DNA of 63,706 nt, counting the filler, from Lenisia limosa (Eukaryota > Protista > Breviatea): assembly GCA_001655205.1 (NCBI GenBank). It is 13 parts of 13 records of this genome, joined end to end, with 100 filler letters (N's around TTAATTAATTAA, not from the genome) between each part and the next. Parts side by side here need not be neighbours in the genome. Positions count along the whole stretch, not along the records: positions 1 to 4,378 come from LPNZ01009541.1; positions 4,479 to 8,277 come from LPNZ01006167.1; positions 8,378 to 11,882 come from LPNZ01001242.1; 10 more parts are not named here. One strand, 5' to 3'. Numbering within the stretch: position 1 is the first letter of the stretch; the number at the start of each line of letters is the position of its first letter. Positions 1 through 10,431 of the stretch are shown piece by piece. The notes under the pieces were generated by a model, which was not told where the DNA came from, searched no databases, and worked only from the letters and a program-made list of their open reading frames with translations. The position numbers and the translations under genes are program-made.

Positions 1-244
1 ACCCCGGTCTGCGGATTTTAATGGGGATATTAATAGGACTGTTAATGCGGATATAAGTGTCCCGGGGAGTACCTGCTGATGCGGATATTAATGTGGGACT
101 TAGTGCAATCAAATGAAATTTGGGTGACATTGTCATTGGGGGAACTCAATTTCAACAAGAGGCTTTGGATTAATCATACGGCCAAAGGCTCAATATTCAG
201 ATGAAAAACAAAGAGCAACCCTGACACACTGACACCATTCTTAC

Positions 245-3200
245 AAATGGAGGATTGGCGAAAGAGATTGGAAGGTACACATCACCTGCAAGAGTTAAAA
301 AGGCGTGGGAAAAATTTGTACGAAAAAAAAAGTCAAAAAGAAAAAAATCTCCGTGTCGGGGAATCGAACCCCGGTCTCCCGCGTGACAGGCGGGGATACT
401 CACCACTATACTAACACGGATTGTACAAAAACTACTGAGATAATTTCATTCCCGATGATAGGTCCGAAAATCGACTTCACTTTTGGCGTGATTTGCCATT
501 TTCGGGCTGTATTGAGGATACTAGCAAGTAATACTACGTTTTCCTAATTCCCACCTCCAAAACTACCCATTTTCGCTTTTGTTTGGGAAAATTAGAGGAA
601 AATTGGCCCACAAAATACCATTTTATGAAGAACAATGTCAGTTTCCCCCCCCCCCCCNNNNNNNNNNNNNNNNNNNNNNNNNNNNNNNNNNNNNNNNNNN
701 NCTATGACTAGGCCTTCCCTACGGTCCCAAAAAAACACTGAATTTCTCGATAAATTCTCGATAAACGATATTTTGACGGTCTTTTTCGGACCATAGGGAA
801 ACTCTATCTAGGATTCCAGGTATTAATTAGACAATTGTAAATTTGAAGAGAGACATATCGTAATATAAACTCAACTTCAGACAATAATGCCAAATTTTGT
901 TGATAGATGTGCGTATGGTAATTTGTTTACGGTATCCCTCTTTATTTCCCTATATTTCTAATGTATAATATTATTTCTCTTGTTCAAAAATTCATACCTG
1001 GGGCGTTGAGCACTGCGCTGGACACAAGTTGACGTCCAATGAGCACCCTCACGGTGTATTGCTGAAGTGTGAAAAAATAATACAGAAAATAAATACTGAA
1101 AGCAGATGCATGTTTTTTTTAGCACGAAAATAGATTTCATAAAAATAAAAAAACACTGAACGTAATAAGTCCTCATGAATATTGAACGTGATAATCGTGT
1201 AAGGACTAGCTAGGGCTTCACTAATTCGGTCAAAAAAAAAAAAGAAAAAAAAAANNNNNNNNNNNNNNNNNNNNNNNNNNNNNNNNNNNNNNNNNNNNNN
1301 NNNNNNNNNNNNNNNNNNNNNNNNNNNNNNNNNNNNNNNNNNNNNNNNNNNNNNNNNNNNNCCAAAGAGGGGTGTGGGGAGAGAGAGAGAGAGGAGTTGA
1401 CAGATAGTGACCATACCGGATCAGGCTTCCTTGGTCGGTCATCTTTAATGCGGATAGCCACGCTATCTCCTAGGAAAATTAACAGGAAAACTGAAGGATG
1501 TTATTATGGACCAATTAGAGTCATACCCCGTTACAGAGGACGCTTCACCCACACGGTCGTTACTTTGTATAATAATAATAAATCCTCCGTTCAAACACTC
1601 CATCACCCCCCCCCCATCTTTATCGGGCTCTGTTTGTTTTGTTGTTATCAACCCTCGTGTGTTGTTAGCCAATAGAGTTGATTTGGGCTTTTTTTTATTT
1701 CATCCCCCCCCTCTCCTAGTTCTAGCGTTGGTTGCTCTTGTTTGTTATTGCTTGTTTTTTTAAAAAACAAAAACAATCTTATCTCCCCCCACCATCCCTC
1801 AGAACACGATGATAGGTCGTAGCATCATGCCCATAAGCGGCAAGCAGTGAGACTGAGACATGTCCGGATAAAGTTGGCCCGTTACTTCCTGGGGGGGGGG
1901 GGGNNNNNNNNNNNNNNNNNNNNNNNNNNNNNNNNNNNNNNNNNNNNNNNNNNNNNNNNNNNNNNNNNNNNNNNNNNAAGAAATTGCCTTTTTTTGGGGG
2001 GAGAAGTATTGGAACCAAGGAACAAATTAACACTTTTACCTGGCAAAAGGGGGATAGAGTACTCCGTACAATTAATTGAAAAAATCATTGCGAAATTTGA
2101 AATGCGACATATTGTAATGTAAACTCAATTTCTGACACTTTAATTTATTTTTTTTGCCAATAAATTCAAAGTAATTGCACGGTGCCCTAGGGTGGGTGGG
2201 GGGTGAGAAAACTAAGAAACACACAAAAAAAGTGAATCAACCATGTTATTTGGGCAAATGGGCATTTCCTCCTCCTCCCTACTCTCCCCCGGACACACCC
2301 TCGGGAGGAGGGAGAGTGATAGAGTTGGACTGTTACACTAGTAAGGGGATTGTACAAATTATAAAACAAAAAAGCCCAAAATCAACACTGTTGGCTGACA
2401 ACACACAAGGGTTGATAACAAAACAAATAAAGCCCAGGCCAATTGCTTCTGCAGCACTGCATCCCATCACTCGGAGGGGGGGGGGGTTAGATTATTCTGA
2501 CTCAAACAAAAAGGATAAAGACTAAATAGTTGCAATAATATAATTACCTACCCTGGGGGTACGACCTGAGGGCGTGGGCAGGGTCAAAATCGGCTGTTGT
2601 AGCGACGTCATAGATATTGCCGTTAACTAGCGGGGGAAATTAGAGCTCGTTACATTGACATACCATTAGGGCTTCACTTCGGTTCGAAAAAGACCGATAA
2701 AATATCGATACTTTTCGAAGATTTTTGGAGAAATTCAGTCTTTTTTGTCGAACTGAAGTGAGTCCTATATATCATATATATCATACACCATAAGATATTC
2801 AGCTTTTTTGGGATCGTAGGGATCCCCTAATCATATGATATAGTATACCCCCGCACGAGTTGTGAGAAGCAAGTCAGTTGTGCCGTCCCCCCACACTCAT
2901 AGTGGAATGTAATATATAATATTATATAGTATATCATATGCATATATCATATGTATCTGATATCAGAATTCCATACGATCCGAAAAAGACCGATTAAACA
3001 TCGATATTTATCGAGGATTTATCGAGAAATTCAGTCCTTTTTTGGAACCCCTAATCATATACAGGATACGCGGTTTTTTATTTGTAGTGTCCCCTCCCCC
3101 TCCCGCGCACGAGTGGTGAGGAGCAAGTCAGTTGTGCCGTCATGGTTGAGGTCGTCTGCTAAGACGGTACTGTAGCTCATTTCACCTATGTCTACCTGTG

Positions 3201-4351
3201 AGGGGGGGGGGGGGNNNNNNNNNNNNNNNNNNNNNNNNNNNNNNNNNNNNNNNNNNNNNNNNNNNNNNNNNNNNNNNNNNNNNNNNNNNNNNNNNNNNNN
3301 NNNNNNNNNNNNNNNNNNNNNNNNNNNNNNNNNNAAAAAGAAAAGAAAAGAAAAAGACAGAAAAGAAAAGAAAAGAAAAGAAGCAAAACCATGTCCAACC
3401 AACCTTATCAACACAGCCGTTCTTGCCGTCAATAATGTACAGATGTCCGTCAGTGGAGTGAGAAATGATCTGTACGGTTTTTGACTAAGAAGTGACGGGG
3501 AAGGGTGCCATAAAGATGCTTGTATATCATCACAGCTCTATGACAACCCCAACCACCCACCCTGGCGAGTGTGTGATGATGGCATATTATACATATGATA
3601 TCATACATGTATATATGCACATATAATATTCGAATAATTTGTCATAGCTATACGAAGACCCCCAACCTGGCGAGTGTGTGTGATGGTTGCAGGGGCGAAG
3701 ATTTGTCCGCCGGTTACAACCGGGTAGCCTCGTTTGATCATGCCGGTGCCAGCGTCTCTAGGGGGGGGGGGGANNNNNNNNNNNNNNNNNNNNNNNNNNN
3801 NNNNNNNNNNNNNNNNNNNNNNNNNNNNNNNNNNNNNNNNNNNNNNNNNNNNNNNNNNNNNNNNNNNNNNNNNNNNNNNNNNNNNNNNNNNNNNNNNNNN
3901 NNNNNNNNNNNNNNNNNNNNNNNNNNNNNNNNNNNNAGAAGATTTATATCTCTGGGAGTGGGGGTAAACTTGGAAAACCATGAAACAAATAAGCCCAAAA
4001 CCAACTCTATTGGTAAGTATTTCGGAAACACATAAGGCTTAAAAACAAAACAAAACAAAAAAGCCCAGGCTAGTCGCTTCTGCAGCACTGCATCCCTTAC
4101 TCCAGATTTTTCATAGAGATTTCAGTCTTATTTAATCGGGAGAGCCCCCTAATAACAGAATGCATCAAACTCCAGAATTACTAGGAAGTAGAGCTTCGCT
4201 TCGGTTCGAAAAAGACAGGTAATTATCGATAGTTTTCGAGGATTTATCGAGAAATTCAGAAGGAAGCTTACAAGGCATAAACGTAGCCGGAGGAGGTTGT
4301 CACCACAGCGTCAAGTTTACCGTCCTCTTCAAGGTCGGCTACTGACACGGC
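245..4351 (-). CDS. DEX1-like FG-GAP repeat protein, multi-exon and partial (5' part beyond the scaffold end)
   Basis: AG/GT-bounded exons read AVSVADLEEDGKLDAVVTTSSGYVYAL (4272-4351), RDAGTGMIKRGYPVVTGGQIFAPATITHTRQ, IISHSTDGHLYIIDGKNGCVDK, VDIGEMSYSTVLADDLNHDGTTDLLLTT, LNGNIYDVATT..., ...RVLRDG, DSVAIRIKDDRPRKPDP, QYTVRVLIGRQLVSSAVLNAP, GDVYLPISFANPPF (245-285). Motif order matches my recollection of the plant DEX1 C-terminal half (DGYLYLIDG...VDIGETSYSMVLAD...NGNVF). Confidence 0.8.
349..420 (-). tRNA. tRNA-Asp(GTC)
   Basis: Minus strand reads TCCGTGT-TA-GTATAGTGGTGAGTATC-CCCGC-CTGTCAC-GCGGG-AGACC-GGGGTTCGATTCCCCG-ACACGGA-G. It forms a 72-nt cloverleaf with a paired acceptor stem, GTC anticodon and GGTTCGATTC B-box, followed by a T-run Pol III terminator (plus-strand A-run at 341-347). 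Confidence 0.97.
709..806. mobile_element. MITE family A copy (hAT-like, ~100 bp)
   Basis: TIRs taggccttccctacggtcc / ggaccatagggaaactcta; flanks (n)ctatgac and tctaggat resemble a decayed 8-bp TSD. Confidence 0.8.
2057..2189. mobile_element. MITE family D copy (~135 bp)
   Basis: Termini ctccgtacaatt / aattgcacggtgcccta. The AT-rich core matches 13693-13829 (opposite orientation), 39763-39880 and 823-905. Confidence 0.7.
2667..2767. mobile_element. MITE family A copy
   Basis: tagggcttcacttcggttcgaaaaagac ... gtcttttttgtcgaactgaagtgagtccta; flanks cataccat / tatatcat match at 6 of 8 positions. Confidence 0.85.
2969..3053. mobile_element. MITE family A copy, degenerate
   Basis: Shared core tcgatatttatcgaggatttatcgagaaattcagtc with eroded termini. 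Confidence 0.7.
4189..4259. mobile_element. MITE family A copy, truncated
   Basis: tagagcttcgcttcggttcgaaaaagac plus core; ends about 7 nt from the DEX1-like exon donor. Confidence 0.7.
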
Positions 4352-4378
4352 CTGGGGGGGTATTATGAGGGGGGGGGG

Positions 4379-4478
4379 NNNNNNNNNNNNNNNNNNNNNN
4401 NNNNNNNNNNNNNNNNNNNNNNTTAATTAATTAANNNNNNNNNNNNNNNNNNNNNNNNNNNNNNNNNNNNNNNNNNNN
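4379..4478. other. Artificial scaffold-joining linker N44-TTAATTAATTAA-N44 (12 copies in the window)
   Basis: Identical 100-nt blocks with the six-frame-stop 12-mer at 4423, 8322, 11927, 18652, 22203, 27067, 36582, 40193, 48706, 52655, 56413 and 62399. Genes and repeats are cut abruptly at each block. Confidence 0.97.
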
Positions 4479-4627
4479 CCCACACCTTAGGGAAGAGGAG
4501 TTGGGGGGAGGGGCATTGAATTGTTGTTACATGAAATTTCAATTTATTTTCCAAATATCAAGTTTTTGTTTCATTTCACATTTTTAACATTGCAAATAAC
4601 AATTACATATGATATGGTGTTATTAAA

Positions 4628-4888
4628 TACCTCAGCACGCGATTGAGATCATTGCCTACCCGTCAGACATAAAAGATTGTGTAAGAGGGATAGATAGAAT
4701 GGGGTAGAGGAGACAATCAGCTTTGCAAAGACATGGCGCAATTTTGAACCTGTCTCTTTACACTTTGACAGTAAAAATCTGCTTCAGTCTGTTTGTTACG
4801 TCATATTTCGCTGTTTACCATTTTCAGACGACATACCTGACTATGCCTGGTTTGAAGCAGGCGGCCGCAGACAGTGTCGAACAGCTCA
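4628..4888 (+). CDS. Two probable exons of an unidentified gene
   Basis: cag|HAIEIIAYPSDIKDC|gtaag and ttttcag|TTYLTMPGLKQAAADSVEQLII|gtacgt; reading frame not certain. Confidence 0.35.
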
Positions 4889-5046
4889 TTATTTGTACGT
4901 GGCAGACTATTTGAAGCTCAATATTGTTTGGTTTATATTGGGTAGATTTGTGGGTTGATTGGTAGCCTGGGCGATGTGGGTTAGTAGTGTTTGTGGGAAT
5001 TAACTCATTAATTATAAGGACAAGTTGATAGAAAGATATACATATA

Positions 5047-5328
5047 TGCTGGGAGGCACACAGAAAGCTGTGTGCACAGAGTCGTAAGGTGAATGATTGG
5101 GTGAATTAATGTTATACTACTATAATCCAATATCTCTTATAAGCGTGATGGTGNNNNNNNNNNNNNNNNNNNNNNNNNNNNNNNNNNNTGCTGGGGAGGC
5201 ATGAAGAAAGCTGTGTGCATATATTTGAAAGGCAAATGATTGGGTGAATTATTCCAGTTGTTCATATAAGCGTGATGATGTGGACGGATTCGGCCATATA
5301 CAACCTTGCTATTTATACATTGCTATAT
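5047..5328 (+). repeat. Interspersed repeat family C (~200 bp, two hairpins); two tandem copies here
   Basis: Consensus tgctgggaggcacacagaaagctgtgtgc...tgattgggtgaattaat...cttataagcgtgatgtggacggcttcggccagatacaaccttatttttt. Other copies or fragments at 13183-13340, 19850-19876(-), 32400-32460(-), 37130-37262(-), 39325-39395, 41640-41668, 48430-48450(-), 49107-49175, 51990-52030(-) and 60770-60833. Confidence 0.85.
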
Positions 5329-6165
5329 CATTGGATATATAATTATATATTTATTTAGTATATTAAATTTATGTTGAATCGCTCAATGTTTGTAGGTCAA
5401 GAGTAAAAATTTGGAGGCAAACAATTAGAAAGCCATAATTGTGGAGAACATATATACTATGTAAATATTACTCTAACACCCCCAAGCTTATGACAGTGTT
5501 CTGCCTCCTCGAAGCGCCCTCATAGAAACCTGCAAAGATGTTGGGGGGGTATTGTTGGTGTAATATTTGGGGGTAAAAGTGTACAGCTCCATGCTTATAT
5601 AAGCATACAAATGTTGGGTGAGTGATTATGACATGCCTAAAGCGGTTTCATATTATCATGTTGTATTCTCATCCTTTACCACTTTAGGCTATTGGAATGG
5701 CATCACATATGGACGAAATCATTTTCCAAACAGTGAGAGGGGATGGTTTCTGGTTTCTAATTGGTTTGTATGCGTGCTAGAATAATTTACACACCATATA
5801 GCACTACTCAAATGTCTTTAAAAGACCATATTTATGTTTTATGGCAATAATAACATTGAAATTTAATAGATTTCATCGTATTCTCAGGGTAAGCATGGGC
5901 TGATTTTAAATTTAAAATCTCCAAAGAATTGTTAGAGATAATTACATTAAATTTAGCATGAATTGATTTTTTTTCTCACATTTACCCTCTCCTGGATTTT
6001 CTTCACCCAAGCCTCTCTAGTGCTCTCATAATTATTCTCAGGTTAAGCCGCGGCTAACTGTTGAAAGTTTGTTCAATTGACAATTAGCGCTGCCACCTCG
6101 TGCCACTCCTCCTCCTCCAAGTGGGGGTGTGGAGGCGGTGATGAACATACTCGACATCCCACTCC

Positions 6166-6265
6166 TAGGGCTTCACTTTGGTTCGAATAAAGACTGAATT
6201 TCTCGATAAGTCTTCGAAAATTATCGAAAATTTCTCGGTATTTTTCGAACCGAAGTGAATTCCAA
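6166..6265. mobile_element. MITE family A copy (reverse orientation)
   Basis: tagggcttcactttggttcg ... cgaaccgaagtgaattccaa; flanks cccactcc / cccagtac match at 6 of 8 positions. Confidence 0.8.
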
Positions 6266-7119
6266 CCCAGTACGCTTACTTTTCAGTTCCCACAATACAA
6301 ATCACTCCGCCGCCGGCCGACGTGGATTTTGTACATCTTTTGGCAACGGTCATGGCGGTGGCAGTGCTTGCAGGTGGGATGCCAAATTGGAAGGTAAATA
6401 TATTTGCCTTATAAGGAAGGTGTCCGAATAAGGAAGGTAAAATATTTATCCATTTAGTTTATCATATTACTTTGGTCTATTTATGTTCCGTTTTTATTTA
6501 GTTACATTTCGTCGTGTTTATGGCCAAGTCCAACACCTGATCAATTATATTTCCCTGATACTTCAGGGTTATTTAGCTTATTTACCCATAGTAACATTTG
6601 CAGGGTTTGATGTAGCAATTGCGATGCTCATCATCATTACTATCGCTAATGTGCTCAAACAAAGGGCCTAGTCCGGCTCAGTCTTAGATTATGGTTACAA
6701 ATGAATGCATCATAATTCAGCCCTCCTCGATTCAGCCATGTGTTTGTGATGGAATTGCAGCATTATATTCTCTCAAATGCTAAATGCAGCTTGTGACTGT
6801 TCATAGTTTACATTTTCCATTGTAGTGGTTTTCAAATTGAACGCATAGCACTTCGGCGCATCGACTTGGGATTCTTGTGAAAACGTTACCATATTTTACA
6901 TGGGGATCCCAAGTCGATAGTCTGAATCGTTGCTTGGGTCCAATTTCTAATTGAATTAGAATGATAAGAGGTTTACAGCTGAGTCTAATTGCAAGATTCA
7001 GCATAATGATTGACGGTTCACAGGTGTGAAAATGACCCAATGTGATATGCTCTCTGAGCAATGAAGGTATTTGACCAATAAAAACGGCAAAACGTACATT
7101 TACGAACATAAAGTTTAAA

Positions 7120-8139
7120 TCAATTCAGTAAATCGGCTTGAACGAAGCTCGGTCCAATTCTGGCATTTGTTTATCCAGTGGTTTCATTCGGAAAGCACCA
7201 GAACGTTACATTGCTAGGTCAGCAAGGGCCTGTTGCATTCGTTTCTCCTTAGTTTCAACTTTCTCTGAGGGTTCTGAAACTGGGACGGAGGGAAGCTCAA
7301 TTGAAGGTTCTTTTTCCTGGTGTGTGAAAAAGAAGGCTGATTGGGGGGGGGGGGCATTTTGGTCCAAAAAGACTGTTTTTTTTGATAAATTCTCGAAAAA
7401 TAAGATATGTGTGGAAATACAAAAAGTTATATTAGATGAAAAAGAAATCAACAAAATCACATAATATGCAGTGACCGCAGAAAGTTTCGACCGATTTACC
7501 CAATGATTTTCCAATGCTTATCCTTGTCTTATATTTGTGAGGCAAATGTGAAAGATAAAAAAACACACACAAAAGTCGCCGCAAACCTGATCAGAGACGA
7601 GTAACTTGTCCAACTCATCTTCCAATGAGGTCAAATCGTCCACGGCTGTACCGTCGGCTATAATTCGAGTTAATTCATACGGGGAACAGAGGAATGGAAT
7701 GCAGCAGACTCATAGCATAAAACACAACATATAAATATATGTGTGATATACTTAGTATTAGAATCGCTAAGATCCTGCTACCCCTCCCCCACCAAGAGCC
7801 TCAGATATTTCATTGGCGTCTTCAAGGGTTTCCTTCATAGTGGCAATGACATCATCGACTTCTTCGAGTGACATTCCTGGGGATTTTAGTGGAGGAATTG
7901 TTGGCAATTTAGAGGGACATTATTAGGGATTTTGGGAGTATTTCAATGACCCCCCCCCCCAAAAAAAAAAAANNNNNNNNNNNNNNNNNNNNNNNNNNNN
8001 NNNNNNNNNNNNNNNNNNNNNNNNNNNNNNNNNNNNNNNNNNNNNNNNNNNNNNNNNNNNNNNNNNNNNNNNNNNNNNNNNNNNNNNNNNNNNNNNNNNN
8101 NNNNAGAGCCTTCGAGCCGTTTTTGAGAGCTTTCACCAC
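7120..8139 (-). CDS. ESCRT-III Snf7-family protein (Vps20/CHMP6- or CHMP7-like), 3' part
   Basis: Exons VVKALKNGSKAL, GMSLEEVDDVIATMKETLEDANEISEALG, ...DDLTSLEDELDKLLVSDQ and EKEPSIELPSVPVSEP match the Snf7 helices and the acidic ELPxVP tail. Confidence 0.8.
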
Positions 8140-8189
8140 CTATTCGGTAAAATGGGAGTATTGGGGAGGGGGGACTCTTTTTTGGTCAG

Positions 8190-8277
8190 CTGAGAATAGA
8201 TGGTAAGATGAGAATAAATGGTAAGATGAGAATAGATGGTAAGATGAGAATAGATGGTAAGATGAGAATAGATGGTA
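8190..8277. repeat. 18-bp tandem repeat (gagaatagatggtaagat) x ~4.8
   Basis: Visible directly; runs into the scaffold end. Confidence 0.9.
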
Positions 8278-8399
8278 NNNNNNNNNNNNNNNNNNNNNNN
8301 NNNNNNNNNNNNNNNNNNNNNTTAATTAATTAANNNNNNNNNNNNNNNNNNNNNNNNNNNNNNNNNNNNNNNNNNNNGCCAGGCCAATTAGCTGCAGTC

Positions 8400-10283
8400 C
8401 AGGCGGTGAGGGTGCTGAAGATCTGCGATCCGTCCACGTGCCAGGCTGTTGTGTCTCTCCTGACCACTCACAACAAACCAGGTGGGCTATTGATAATAGA
8501 AAGTAGGAATTTCCAATTGTGGAACACAACAGAAGCTTTCCAACTCTCCTTTGACCTTCTGTTTTCATGCTTGCAGGGGGTATTACGACGGGAATGGCGC
8601 CACCACTGCGCCATAGGCCGGGGTCGGCTAAACTGCATTCCGAACCGGTAAGCTCCTGTAAGATATCGTGTCATATGGAATGTTGTATACTAGATATAGA
8701 CTACAGTTCTGTAATATTAAATGATTTAGTGTGATACAGTATATGATATGATTATTATATTTATGTTAATCAATACTTTCGGGGGGTGAGGATGGCTTGT
8801 GGTTGAAGATTTCCTACACAGTCCGCGAACACCCTCTAACCTATATACCAAAAAAGGCAGATTTATATGACATACCCTCACATCCGCAGCCGCGTTTGTC
8901 GACTTCGGATAACGCTGAGAGCATTCGGCTCATCAAGCATGCGCTCGTCACTTTGAGACTTGAGGTGGGTTTTGAATTTCTTCACAGGCACATGACTCGG
9001 ACTTACTAAATAGGGAATGCATGATGCGGCAATTCCAGCCTCAGTGGCAGTTTATCTCAACCATAGTAACGCTTCCGTCCGGACAGTGGCCGCCAAAACC
9101 CTTGGTATCACAAGGGTACCACTTGTAGGCCTTCACCCGCGATTGACTTATCTTTTAGCCCGCTGCCGTATTGGAAATAGTCCGAGACACTGCACACGAT
9201 CCTGTGGGTTTGGGTGGCTTTTATGTTTTCAAAGCTGTCACTACTCAAAAGGTTCCAGAAAGATCCCATCCTGTCAATCCAATTGAGCGCCTACTTAATT
9301 TCTCATCCCTTAGTGTGAGGAGGTGCGGGCGGCCTCAAGAGCAGTGCTTATCAAGGCTCAGGCACTTGGCCATTGCAAACATGTAGCAAGGAGACTCATG
9401 AGCGAAATATCCAACCTCGACGACGAAGTACCCGGGGGTGATATCAATGACTTAGCCCTGAGAAACTGACATCTCCCATTTTAACTTCGCAGGTTGAGTC
9501 TTCGATTCTAACTCGCGCTCTTGCTGCTTACCAGCTGAAACAGCGTTAGAATGTGGTGTGTATAATTGTGTTTCTTGTTATTTTGCTTTGTTTATGATGT
9601 ATCCTACTAGGTGGCTCAATATCAAACTTGGTCTTGATGATTCTCCGCACCAAATAATTCGAAATTTTTTCGACCCCTCCATCCAGCAAGGTCGCCTCGG
9701 GATCACCATTTGAAAAGCAAAAAGTCGCCCAAGCGCAATTCGCTTTATAGAGTTCAGCCCATTTGCCACCAAATTCCCAAAGGACACGATTGCTCATCGT
9801 GAGAAACATGATAATCATAAATAAATTAATAAATTAAGCGATTTCAGAAATGTCATTCTTGCATCGGATTTTGCCCTTGGTGGCTCTGTATTGGTGGTGG
9901 GCCCATTTTTTGTCTCTTTTACCTCCGACGATGGAGATAAGTGCCAGAATCCAATCTGGTCTCAGCATCGGTTCGCTACTTGGTGAGAAGTGGTGCGAAT
10001 AAATGGCAATATCTTTTATAGTTAACCATAAATACCCTCAGGTCACTAACCTGTCCCTTTTGCGAGTTGCTTGGCATTGGTGAACTACAGCGAAATGAGA
10101 AAAATTGGGACTAAAACACCACGCGACAAATCAATTACAGCCACAACTCACCAGAGGCGAAGTACATATCTTTGAGTTCTTCCACATCAGCTGCTATTCG
10201 GATCCGCGCCTCTTCGGACCAAACTTCGGGGTCATTTTGGGGACTCCAAGGCTCGTCAGTATCACTGTCATCTGCGGGGGGAG
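8400..10283 (+). CDS. HEAT/ARM-repeat-like protein, multi-exon, partial
   Basis: Exons PRLSTSDNAESIRLIKHALVTLRLE, SVAVYLNHSNASVRTVAAKTL and CEEVRAASRAVL resemble HEAT repeats (L.h.n..VR..AA..L). Weak recollected likeness to the TOR N-terminus, not verified. Confidence 0.45.
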
Positions 10284-10431
10284 GTGATGCATGCAAAGGC
10301 GAGACTCAATGACTGGAATGGATATAAGAACTCAGTGTGTCGCTGGCCGCGTGCCTGGCAATCCGTATAAGGAACATTCCGGTTTATAATCTAGTTTCTA
10401 TAAACTTGCAAAATAAAATGACACCCACCTG

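Noticed and set aside
2677-2692. Pol III B-box or tRNA-derived SINE (GGTTCGAAAA) in family A
   Set aside because: The match is partial, sits inside the TIR, and has no A-box or cloverleaf.
2667-2767. CRISPR-like array from the recurring palindromic TTCGAAAAAGAC/TCGATAAA motifs
   Set aside because: Copies are dispersed, vary in orientation, lack regular spacers and have no cas genes; they are MITE copies.
4423-4434. TTAATTAATTAA palindrome recurring 12 times, as a regulatory or repeat motif
   Set aside because: Always centred between exactly 44 Ns on each side; it is a six-frame-stop linker added when scaffolds were concatenated. Synteny across these linkers means nothing.
8880-9115. TOR kinase assignment
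   Set aside because: Only generic HEAT-like similarity; no FAT, FRB or kinase motifs are in the window.
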